DNA from: a virus
UHGV virus genome: UHGV-0195917
Strand: one strand, 5' to 3'
DNA length: 31,808 nucleotides
Shown: piece after piece, positions 16,232 through 23,849 of the stretch
Position numbering within the stretch: position 1 is the first letter of the stretch
How the letters are laid out: each line of letters begins with the position of its first letter
The notes under the pieces: model-generated
The model's database searches: none
The model's input: the letters and a program-made list of their open reading frames with translations, nothing else
What the model was told of the DNA's origin: nothing
Translations under genes and position numbers: made by a program

Positions 16232-16768
16232 TCACGCCTGACGCAAGGGAACCGAACCGGGGATCTCAATTTCCAGATGTTGGAAAAAATCGTTGACATC
16301 CTCCAAAATCATAATCGCATTTTGGGAAATATTTTCATCGTTCTTCGGGATATCAGCGACAAGGTCACGGCGATCTACAACGTACTGCCCCACTGAGATC
16401 GGCAAATCCGGCGGCTTTGGCTGCTCGGCGGTGCACCCCTGAAAAGTCTGTATTGCTTGCAAGATCAGTGCGGCAATTGCCGCAAGCTTGTCGATGGAAA
16501 GCTTGTGTGGTACGCGGATCGGATTCCGCTCCGGTGCAAGTGCGTTGGCTTTCTCCGCGATCCGCTCCACCTTTTTCGTGTCAGCGGCCGAAAGGATGAT
16601 ATCCTTTGGGTCCGCTCCGCACTGTGAGATGGACGCGGACAGCTCGACAAGCCGGGCACGTATGAGCATGATCTTTGCTTCAAACTCCGGATCACTACGC
16701 ATGGAAAAGGCTTTTGCAGCCGCCACAAGCTGCTCATCCAAATCCCGGTAGAATATGTCAAAAGTCAT
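16232..16768 (-). CDS. Leftward moron gene, hypothetical 178-aa protein
   Basis: GAAAGGGGGTG SD before ATG 16768. Own promoter at 16793-16821 and terminator in repeat copy 2. Confidence 0.7.
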   Translation of the reverse strand: MTFDIFYRDLDEQLVAAAKAFSMRSDPEFEAKIMLIRARLVELSASISQCGADPKDIILSAADTKKVERIAEKANALAPERNPIRVPHKLSIDKLAAIAALILQAIQTFQGCTAEQPKPPDLPISVGQYVVDRRDLVADIPKNDENISQNAIMILEDVNDFFQHLEIEIPGSVPLRQA

Positions 16769-16792
16769 ATTTATCACCCCCTTTCCGATTGG

Positions 16793-16821
16793 ATTATACC
16801 ATGGGGGCAGTGAAAATGCAA
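16793..16821 (-). promoter_or_regulatory. Promoter of moron gene 16232-16768
   Basis: Minus strand TTGCAT, 17 bp, TGnTATAAT. Confidence 0.75.
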
Positions 16822-16855
16822 GAAATTTTTTGAGACAAGAAAGGTAGGTAACAAA

Positions 16856-17155
16856 ATGGGAAAATATCACTTTAACATAATCCTGAAAGAAAAAGGGCTT
16901 GGGCTTGAAGATATCACAAAAGCCCTGGGGATCAAGGACGACCCGATCCACCATGTGGACAAAGGGCAGATCACTTTGCAGCGGCTCCATGAGATCGACC
17001 CGGACGGGTGGCCGTGGATGGGGTACGACATGACGATGCGCGACGTTCGGCGGATCGTGAAGCTGATGGAGCTGACGCCGGAGCAGATCATCGACGTCTT
17101 TTTCCGGGAAAATCCGGAGGGATGGCCGTACGTCGATCCGGACGATCCGGAGTAA
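16856..17155 (+). CDS. Hypothetical protein, possibly degenerate Cro-like
   Basis: AAAGGTAGGT SD. LKEKGLGLEDITKALGI and IVKLMELTPEQIIDVFF resemble the two halves of a Cro-type fold. Confidence 0.6.
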   Translation: MGKYHFNIILKEKGLGLEDITKALGIKDDPIHHVDKGQITLQRLHEIDPDGWPWMGYDMTMRDVRRIVKLMELTPEQIIDVFFRENPEGWPYVDPDDPE

Positions 17156-17187
17156 AGAAAAGGCCGCCGTTGCAGCGGCAGCCTTTT
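17155..17187. terminator. Intrinsic terminator, strongest for leftward transcription
   Basis: AAAGAAAAGGCCGCCG-TTGCAG-CGGCAGCCTTTT. Confidence 0.6.
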
Positions 17188-17194
17188 GAGGGAT

Positions 17195-17353
17195 TCACTT
17201 TTCTTCCAGCGCATCGAGGATTTGCGCGATCGCCGTATGTAGTACATCAAAAGCGGCGCGCACATCCCGCTGGGTGGCGGGATCATCCGTACGCTCTGGA
17301 ATAAATACTTTTCGATTTGTCGCGCGCTGGGCGTTCCTCTGGATCAGTTCACG
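17195..17353 (-). pseudogene. Start-less leftward ORF remnant
   Basis: Protein-like frame RELIQRNAQR...AIAQILDALEEK* ends just before a leftward terminator. No start codon or SD at its 5' end before an upstream in-frame TAA. Confidence 0.4.
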
Positions 17354-17385
17354 CGGTGAGAAAGACGAAGGAAGGATGTGATTTT

Positions 17386-17688
17386 ATGGGAAGAAAACGG
17401 AAATTCACCTGGGATGCATGGGACTATGACTGCGACGGCAGCGCGTACATCATTGCGAAAGACGAATGCCCACGCCGCGAGGACGTCCCGGACTTTATCG
17501 TCCGGGAAGACCACATTAACCCCGCCAGCAAGCCGGAGATGGTCGTGCAGGAAGGATGGTTGCGGTATGAGTGTCGCACCGACTGGGAAGAGTGCTACGG
17601 CGGCGCTGCCAGCGGCTACGTCGTGCACGATGAAAAAGTCCCGCACGCTTTTCCGGTGTGGATCGTGCGCCAAGAAGAATGGTACTGA
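17386..17688 (+). CDS. Hypothetical protein
   Basis: GAAGGA SD, 100 aa, in the early operon. Confidence 0.7.
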   Translation: MGRKRKFTWDAWDYDCDGSAYIIAKDECPRREDVPDFIVREDHINPASKPEMVVQEGWLRYECRTDWEECYGGAASGYVVHDEKVPHAFPVWIVRQEEWY

Positions 17689-17702
17689 AAGGATGAACAC
17701 AG

Positions 17703-17924
17703 ATGAAAATTCAGACCTTGACATTGATTTACAAACTTTTGCAAGATGAAGCTGCGCAGGCAGACAGGGAGTGCAAGAAAGCGCTTTCCCTCCGGCACAC
17801 CATAGAAGCTGCCGGCGATACGCTGACAGAGCTGCAAAAAAGGAGGCTTAATGCTTCTCGTGAAAGAGCGATTGAAGCCAGTGACGCGCTGGACGACTTC
17901 GAGTCGCAGGGGTGGGGAAGCTGA
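17703..17924 (+). CDS. Hypothetical helical protein
   Basis: GAAAGGA SD, tight operon spacing. Confidence 0.7.
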   Translation: MKIQTLTLIYKLLQDEAAQADRECKKALSLRHTIEAAGDTLTELQKRRLNASRERAIEASDALDDFESQGWGS

Positions 17925-17956
17925 TCGCCGTGGCAAAAGAGAGAGGACGGATAGAC

Positions 17957-18208
17957 ATGACACGGAGTGCAGAGATCGCGAAAGCGATCCGGGTGGTAGC
18001 ACCCAACCGCGCGGCGATGTGCATCGCGGAGTACGCGCGGGCGCTTGGATATGACGAGCGCACCATGCGCAAGCTGCTGGAAGCGCTGCCGTCGTGCGGC
18101 TTTGGACGGAAAAAGCTGTACCTGATCGCGGACGTATCCCAGCTTTTGGCACAAAACGAAATTAAAAATTTAGTCCCGGATCGTCCGGGCACTTTTGGGA
18201 GGGTATGA
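17957..18208 (+). CDS. Putative excisionase-like winged-HTH protein
   Basis: GAGAGG SD. IAEYARALGYDERTMRKLL...GRKKLYLIADV fits a Xis/MerR-type pattern. Confidence 0.55.
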   Translation: MTRSAEIAKAIRVVAPNRAAMCIAEYARALGYDERTMRKLLEALPSCGFGRKKLYLIADVSQLLAQNEIKNLVPDRPGTFGRV

Positions 18209-18211
18209 CAG

Positions 18212-18460
18212 ATGGAAGAGATGAAGCAGATCGTGATCGCCATGTTGGCGGGCGGAGGGATCGGGACGGCGGCCGTGGCAGCGCAGGAGATCGTGCAGGC
18301 CGTCGCCGAGCGCCGACGCCGCGCCGAATCGCTGCGGGAGGTACGCGCCCACGACATGGAAGCCCGCGCCGAGCGGATCAAGCGGGAGAGGATCGCCGAG
18401 TGCCGGCGCCAGCTTTGGATCGAGTATGCCGCAGACAAGCGCGAGGACACGAGCAGATGA
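18212..18460 (+). CDS. Hypothetical protein with hydrophobic N-segment and basic helix
   Basis: GGAGG SD. Stop overlaps the next start (ATGA). Confidence 0.65.
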   Translation: MEEMKQIVIAMLAGGGIGTAAVAAQEIVQAVAERRRRAESLREVRAHDMEARAERIKRERIAECRRQLWIEYAADKREDTSR

Positions 18461-18780
18461 AAGACCCACGCAGCATAGACGGGAAGATCGTGCAGAGATA
18501 TGCGACTCAGCGCCGAAAAAAGTGCTCGACGTGCCGGTATGAAGAAAAACTCGGGCCGATCTACATATGCGGATACATGGATCTGACCGGAGAGCGCCGC
18601 GGGTGTCCGCCCGGCGACGGATGCAAAAGATATGAGCGGGTGCAGGTGCAGCGCAAGCCGCCGCGCCCGCCGCAGCCGATGGTGCGACGCGAGATGCTGG
18701 ACGCTGACAAAGACGCACAGGAGCAAAAGGGCAGCAGCCACTTTGACGATACCATAAGACGGGAGAGTGACAAAAATTGA
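18457..18780 (+). CDS. Cys-rich hypothetical protein (possible Zn binding)
   Basis: CSTCRY...CGY...RRGCPPGDGC. ATGA overlap with the upstream gene. Confidence 0.7.
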   Translation: MKDPRSIDGKIVQRYATQRRKKCSTCRYEEKLGPIYICGYMDLTGERRGCPPGDGCKRYERVQVQRKPPRPPQPMVRREMLDADKDAQEQKGSSHFDDTIRRESDKN

Positions 18781-19217
18781 GTTTTGAGGTTTTGAAGCTT
18801 GTGCCGGATATGCCGATGCAGTACGTCATGCTGGACACCAGCGATATCGGCGCGGCGATCCGGTGCGAGCTTGGCACCGGTCTGGATGGCGAGCTGAGAT
18901 ATGAAAAGCGCGGTGACTATATGGTCATCAGCCCGTGCGTCCCGCTCGAGGGAGCGAAAGAAAATCCGTATATGCGGTGCAAGCGCGGCACGGTGCTGAT
19001 CGCGCGGTCGGTGCCCGCTCATGTGTCCGTATGCACATATACGCTGGCGCCGGAAGATCATGACCGGCTGCGCTGGCTGTACGGCGGCACCAGTATCACG
19101 CAGGAGCCGACGAAAAGAGCCGTTCCGCGTGACAAGCTCCACCCGATCCGCGGGCGTGAGTACACGCTGGCCGGGAAGCGATACACGATGTGTCTGGTAG
19201 AGGTGGATGCGCTATGA
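18777..19217 (+). CDS. Hypothetical protein
   Basis: TTG start overlapping the upstream stop. GGGAG SD. Confidence 0.65.
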   Translation: MSFEVLKLVPDMPMQYVMLDTSDIGAAIRCELGTGLDGELRYEKRGDYMVISPCVPLEGAKENPYMRCKRGTVLIARSVPAHVSVCTYTLAPEDHDRLRWLYGGTSITQEPTKRAVPRDKLHPIRGREYTLAGKRYTMCLVEVDAL

Positions 19218-19468
19218 GAGATATCATGATGCAAAGCCTGCTGCGTCAGGCGATGGAAGATCGGCTTTTGATGATCCAGGACGGGACGAAAAGCGCAGAG
19301 GATCCCGACAGCATCGACTACATCGCGCAGCTGGGGTATGCGTACATCATGCAGGGGATCATATACGGTGTCGGGGGTGATGCGGATGGATCGAAAAAGG
19401 TCACTGCGGGCAAATGCACTGATGTGGAGCCTATGCCAGAAAATAGCAAATCTGACTGGGACGACTAA
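19214..19468 (+). CDS. Hypothetical protein
   Basis: GAGGTG SD and ATGA overlap. Confidence 0.55.
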   Translation: MRDIMMQSLLRQAMEDRLLMIQDGTKSAEDPDSIDYIAQLGYAYIMQGIIYGVGGDADGSKKVTAGKCTDVEPMPENSKSDWDD

Positions 19469-19733
19469 AGACGACGTTTACCGCGACGCGCTGCGGCAGA
19501 TCGGATGCTTTCGGATGCTGCGGGTAGCACCGGAGCGGGAAGCGGACGTGCGCAGCCGATGGACGTCACGCGGTACCGGATGGATCGTCGAGCGGGTGGA
19601 CAGCACCGACGAGTACGTCGATCTGATCCTGTACTACGGCACCAGCACATACACGGATAGAGAGATGAACATCCTGCTCGACTATCTGCGGGCAGGATAC
19701 GATGAACTACAAGGGGATGTAAAAAATTGTTAA
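19386..19733 (+). CDS. NinB/Orf-like recombination protein (short form)
   Basis: KRSLRANALMWSLCQKIA...YYGTSTYTDREMNILLD pattern. Directly upstream of ssb. Confidence 0.65.
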   Translation: MDRKRSLRANALMWSLCQKIANLTGTTKDDVYRDALRQIGCFRMLRVAPEREADVRSRWTSRGTGWIVERVDSTDEYVDLILYYGTSTYTDREMNILLDYLRAGYDELQGDVKNC

Positions 19734-20194
19734 ATCACATTATCTTGATGGGACGACTGACGGCCGCCCCAGAGCTGAAAAGCACCACGAAAGGGACGCC
19801 GGTCCTATCGGCGACGCTGGCGGTCGAGCGCCCTGGATACAAGGAAAAGACCACAGATTTTCTTCCGATCGTCGCATGGCGCGGCACGGCGGAGATGATC
19901 GCCAAGTATTTCCACAAGGGCAGCATGATATGCATCGAGGGGATGCTGACGACGCGCAGGTGGGACACCAAAGAGGGCGAGCACCGCACAGCGTATGAGA
20001 TCGTCGTGGATCGCGTGCACTTTACCGGTGAGCGGCGAAGCGACGCACCGGCAGCGCCGGACGACGCCGACGAGCCGCCAGTGTATGGCGCGCCACAAGC
20101 GTATGCGACCACCAGTGAGCGGGCGGCGCCTACGGCTGGCGGCAAGGCACCGGATTTCGCTGCGGTCGATGATGACGGCGACCTGCCTTTTTGA
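19727..20194 (+). CDS. ssb: Single-stranded DNA-binding protein
   Basis: LNHIILMGRLT..PELK, TDF..IVAWR..AE and acidic DDDGDLPF tail. Confidence 0.96.
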   Translation: MLNHIILMGRLTAAPELKSTTKGTPVLSATLAVERPGYKEKTTDFLPIVAWRGTAEMIAKYFHKGSMICIEGMLTTRRWDTKEGEHRTAYEIVVDRVHFTGERRSDAPAAPDDADEPPVYGAPQAYATTSERAAPTAGGKAPDFAAVDDDGDLPF

Positions 20195-20210
20195 TGGGCG
20201 GTGGTAGCAT

Positions 20211-21056
20211 ATGCCAAACCGCATCATAAAAGAGACGATAAGGACGAGTAAAAAGCTTAATTCACTTACGGATTTTCAGTTCAGATTATGGGTGTATCTC
20301 ATCACATATGTAGATGACTATGGGCGCGGTAGCGCTGACCCGGAGATCATTAAAGGATTTGTTTTCCCGAGACGGAAGAAAGTGAACGAAACGGATATCG
20401 AAGACGCGCTTGCAGCATTGGCGAGTACGGGCTGCATTTCCCTCTATGACAAAGACGGGGAATCCTACTTCTGCTTCCCAAGCTGGGGCGAGCATCAGAG
20501 AATACAGACAAAACGGTCAAAATTCCCTGAACCACCGATATTGCCCGAATCGCACTTATTCGCAGTGGAGGATGATGCCTTACAGAAAGCCACCGTGGAT
20601 CACCGTGAAAAACCGCCTGAATCCGAATCCGAATCCAAATCCGAAGATACGCTTTCGTCTACGCCGAAAGCTGGCGCGGAGCCGTGCGACGTCTCCACGC
20701 TGGCGGCAGACGCAGCGGCAATTAAATTGCCATTGAATGACAGCACGGAGTTTGCCGTGCCGCAGAGCTTTGCGGACGAGATGGCGAAGCTGTACCCGGC
20801 AGTGGACGTGATGCAACAGCTGGCGGCCATGCGTGGGTGGCTGATCGGGAATCCGACGAAAAGAAAGACCCGCGCCGGGATCAAGCGCTTCATCACGTCG
20901 TGGCTGGCACGGGAGCAGGATCGGGGACGCCCGGCCGCCCAGCGACAGCCGTATGCACCGACGCCGAGCAAGACCGCGCTGGCCGGGGATGCGTCGTACG
21001 ATTTGGAGGCTTTTGAGCGCATGACGCTGTACGGGACAGGAGGTGGACGAGGATGA
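20211..21056 (+). CDS. Phage replication initiator / replisome organiser
   Basis: MPNRIIKETI...YVDDYGRG N-domain and C-terminal LYPAVDV...RGW...NPTKRKT..GIKRFITSWL. Follows ssb. Confidence 0.8.
   Translation: MPNRIIKETIRTSKKLNSLTDFQFRLWVYLITYVDDYGRGSADPEIIKGFVFPRRKKVNETDIEDALAALASTGCISLYDKDGESYFCFPSWGEHQRIQTKRSKFPEPPILPESHLFAVEDDALQKATVDHREKPPESESESKSEDTLSSTPKAGAEPCDVSTLAADAAAIKLPLNDSTEFAVPQSFADEMAKLYPAVDVMQQLAAMRGWLIGNPTKRKTRAGIKRFITSWLAREQDRGRPAAQRQPYAPTPSKTALAGDASYDLEAFERMTLYGTGGGRG
20591..20645. repeat. Short direct repeats inside rep (candidate origin iterons)
   Basis: CACCGTG twice at 10-bp spacing (20591, 20601). GAATCC three times plus AAATCC (20619-20642). Confidence 0.35.
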
Positions 21057-21547
21057 TCGAGTTCGACGAAAGCCTAGTGGGCGACTACCTGGGCAGCTGC
21101 CGATTTTGGGTGCCGGGCAAGCCCAGCGGGAAAGCCCGGCCACGATTCAACCCAGCCGCGCCGGGCGCCAGACCGTACACGCCAGCGGCTACGGCGGCGT
21201 ATGAGACACTGGTGGCGACAAGATATCGCGCCGAGCGGGTGGAAGCCGATCTTCGCCTGCCGCACGTCGCGATGGTGGACATCGTGGCATACTACCCGAT
21301 CCCGCAGCGGTACACCAAAGCCGAGCGCGCCCAGGCACTTACCGGCACGCTCCAACCGACAGCAAAGCCAGATATTGACAACGTCGCCAAAATCGTCCTG
21401 GACGCGCTGAATGGCGTGGCGTGGAGCGATGACCAGTGCGTCGTCGATCTCCATGTGGCAAAGTACTACGCGACGGCGCCCGGGGTGCAGATCACCATCC
21501 GGTGGTATCGGGCTTGGCGCAGAAAGCGTGGAGGGAAAAAGCCATGA
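21053..21547 (+). CDS. rusA: RusA family Holliday junction resolvase
   Basis: GKARPR...YTP and KPDIDNVAKIVLDALNGVAWSDD motifs. Confidence 0.93.
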   Translation: MIEFDESLVGDYLGSCRFWVPGKPSGKARPRFNPAAPGARPYTPAATAAYETLVATRYRAERVEADLRLPHVAMVDIVAYYPIPQRYTKAERAQALTGTLQPTAKPDIDNVAKIVLDALNGVAWSDDQCVVDLHVAKYYATAPGVQITIRWYRAWRRKRGGKKP

Positions 21548-21831
21548 CGAGAGGGCGAAAAATTTCTTTCACGGCAGACGAAGAAAAGATTTTGCGCGAT
21601 ACGAGCATATCCGCGAAAAAGGCCGGGCTTGCGATCGGATGCAGCCCGACCACAGTCCGACTATGGCGAGACCGTCACGGAGTGCTTACGAGACGATACT
21701 GGCGCGGATGCCAGGAGACGTGCCCGGACTACTGCCCATATGGCGAGTGCCTTATGCCGGCATATCTGGCCGGGATAGAGGACGACGAAGAGCGGGCGCG
21801 GAAGATGCAGCATGGAGGGATGCGAAAATGA
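21544..21831 (+). CDS. HTH-like protein with C-terminal Cys cluster
   Basis: AKKAGLAIGCSPTTVRLWR plus CQETCPDYCPYGEC. GGAGG SD. Confidence 0.6.
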   Translation: MTRGRKISFTADEEKILRDTSISAKKAGLAIGCSPTTVRLWRDRHGVLTRRYWRGCQETCPDYCPYGECLMPAYLAGIEDDEERARKMQHGGMRK

Positions 21832-22226
21832 TGACAAATGCAATGGCTTTACGCCCATCGTATTGGGCGAGTGTATCCGGTGGAAAAGACAGCTTATTCA
21901 CACCAGAAATTGACGGACTGACGCAAAATTGGGATATTGGGGGGGGGTCGGTGTACTGCAACCCACCATACGGGAGACAGATCGGAAGATGGATCCGAAA
22001 GGCATACGAAGAATCGCGCCGGTGCACGCACCCGATCGTGATGCTGATACCGGCGCGCACGGATACCAGCTATTTCCACGACTACATATACGGGAAAGCG
22101 GAAATCCGCTTTATACGGGGACGGCTGAAATTCACAGACGAGAGCGGGCAAGAAAAAGACGCTGCGCCTTTTCCGTCGATGGTGGTCATATACAGAGGAC
22201 AGAGACAGGAGGACAAAGACGGATGA
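21828..22226 (+). pseudogene. Chimeric ORF: PAPS-reductase-like N-terminal stub fused to the C-terminal part of a phage N6-adenine methyltransferase
   Basis: ASVSGGKDSL PP-loop is followed directly by DGLTQNW...CNPPYG...MLIPARTDT..FH...RGRLKF...APFPS. The N-terminal SAM-binding segment appears to be missing. Confidence 0.7.
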
Positions 22227-22489
22227 AGGTCATAAAGGAGCGATACCGGACACACACCGCCGACGCGATGGACACGGCGATGTCGCTGGGGATCACGCTG
22301 ACGATGGTCGTCATGGCGCGCGAGTTTGGATTTGGTAAAAAACGCCTTTTGCGATTGCAGAAAGCGGCGGTCGAGTTTTTGGAGACAGAAATCCGTCCGC
22401 ACGGTGCCAGATACACGCAGCAGTATCAAGACGAGCTGGACTATGCTTTGGAGCGGATGCAGCAGGCGCTCGCAGAAAGGTTGGAATGA
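22223..22489 (+). CDS. Hypothetical protein (conserved phage early type)
   Basis: AGGAGG SD and EFGFGKKRL motif. Confidence 0.72.
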   Translation: MKVIKERYRTHTADAMDTAMSLGITLTMVVMAREFGFGKKRLLRLQKAAVEFLETEIRPHGARYTQQYQDELDYALERMQQALAERLE

Positions 22490-22490
22490 A

Positions 22491-22586
22491 ATGGAAATCG
22501 TATGGATTATTGGCGCTTTCGTCGGTGCGATAGTCACGGCGCTTTTGATGGCGTGCTGCAAAGCGGGCGGAGGTGGTGACAGATGA
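22491..22586 (+). CDS. Small membrane peptide (DUF3789-like)
   Basis: MEIVWIIGAFVGAIVTALLMACCKAG. Stop overlaps the next start. Confidence 0.6.
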   Translation: MEIVWIIGAFVGAIVTALLMACCKAGGGGDR

Positions 22587-22906
22587 AGAGAGAAGATTTC
22601 TATGCGTACTATCACCATCAGATCGAGCTTGCGATGCTGAAAAAGAAAAGCCGACGTGGTATACTCACCCCAGAGCAAAAGAGCCGCATGCGGGCGCTGG
22701 AAGCGTCACAGGACGATGAGAGATTAGACCTTGCCATGACGATAGGCGAGTGCACCGACCCGCAGACGCGTGCGATGCTTTTCATGCGCTTCTTGGACTT
22801 CCGGTCCTGGGCGGAGATCGCGCAGGCCATGGGCGGCGGAAACAAATCGAGCGGGTGCAGGATGAGGGTAGAGCGTTACATCCAGCGCGTGGATCGACTG
22901 GATTAA
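22583..22906 (+). CDS. Late transcription activator (RinA/ArpU-like)
   Basis: Last early gene before HNH/terminase. C-terminal MRFLDFRSWAEIAQAMG sigma-region-4-like HTH. Confidence 0.75.
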   Translation: MKREDFYAYYHHQIELAMLKKKSRRGILTPEQKSRMRALEASQDDERLDLAMTIGECTDPQTRAMLFMRFLDFRSWAEIAQAMGGGNKSSGCRMRVERYIQRVDRLD

Positions 22907-22923
22907 AACCGGGGAAAGATATA

Positions 22924-22965
22924 AAAACTGCCGTGAGCGGGTTCCGCCACGGTAGTTTTCTTTTT
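22924..22965 (+). terminator. Intrinsic terminator ending the early operon
   Basis: AAAACTGCCGTG...CACGGTAGTTTT followed by CTTTTT. Confidence 0.7.
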
Positions 22966-23054
22966 ACTGGAAAATGTTGTGCGTTTTTCTCTGATAGATA
23001 TGATACGATATCCATGGAGCCGGTATAGGATAGGCTGGCGGGAGGGCGTGCGGG

Positions 23055-23306
23055 ATGTTCGACTACACTTCCGGAAAATGGAAAAAATTCAGAGCGTCGA
23101 TTTTGCGTCGGGATGGATACCGCTGCAAGATATGCGCGCGCTATGGCCGGATGGTACCGGCGACGGAAGTGCATCACATTAGGCACGCGGATGAGTATCC
23201 GGAGCTGGTATATGATCCGCAGAACCTCATCAGCCTTTGCAAATCTTGCCATAACCGCCAGCACCCAGAAAAAGGCGGCGAAAAGTCATTTTATACCAGA
23301 AATTGA
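23055..23306 (+). CDS. Terminase-associated HNH endonuclease
   Basis: ILRRDGYRCKIC...EVHHI...NLISLCKSCHN..H. Confidence 0.93.
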   Translation: MFDYTSGKWKKFRASILRRDGYRCKICARYGRMVPATEVHHIRHADEYPELVYDPQNLISLCKSCHNRQHPEKGGEKSFYTRN

Positions 23307-23465
23307 TCCGGGTAGCGGCCATTTGGGAGTGATTGGGCGGCATGGGCGGCGGTTGGGATTTTTTGACGCCCCCCCGGTCATCGGGACGTCCCTCCCCGGG
23401 GCTTCTACTGGCGGGGTATAACTTTTTCTAACCGCGCGCCAAATTTTGATAGGAGGGGAACCGCC
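23307..23465. other. Probable cos packaging region
   Basis: GC-rich non-coding gap between HNH and a P27-type terS, the usual cos location for such phages. Exact cut site not determined. Confidence 0.45.
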
Positions 23466-23849
23466 GTGACGGAAAATGAGCGCGAAAAGCGTGTGAAAAA
23501 ATGGAAAAGCACGATAAAAAAACACTGCACGATCGTGGGGACATACAAAAGCACTTTTGACCCGGTCATCGCCACACTGGCGGAAGTCCTCACCCAGCGC
23601 GACGCGACGTATGAGGAGTTTTTGGCGACAGGCGCGCAGCCGGTCTTGGAGTACACCAACAAAGCGGGCGCGACCAATCTTTCAAAAAATCCTTTGCTTG
23701 TGCTTTGGGACGAGCTGAACAAATCCGCGCTATCTTTTTGGCGCGATCTAGGGCTGACCCCGGCCGGACTGCGAAAGATCGACGAGACGGCGATGAAGCA
23801 GCAAAAGCGGAATGCGCTGGCGGAGGTGCTGAGCAGCCTTGACCCGTAA
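23466..23849 (+). CDS. terS: Terminase small subunit (P27 family)
   Basis: [12 protein letters not shown]...[16 protein letters not shown]. Confidence 0.92.
   Translation: MTENEREKRVKKWKSTIKKHCTIVGTYKSTFDPVIATLAEVLTQRDATYEEFLATGAQPVLEYTNKAGATNLSKNPLLVLWDELNKSALSFWRDLGLTPAGLRKIDETAMKQQKRNALAEVLSSLDP

Noticed and set aside
16094..16396. 100-aa + strand ORF
   Set aside because: It runs through the 58-bp terminator repeat and overlaps the better-supported minus-strand gene. Probably a shadow ORF, though not excluded.
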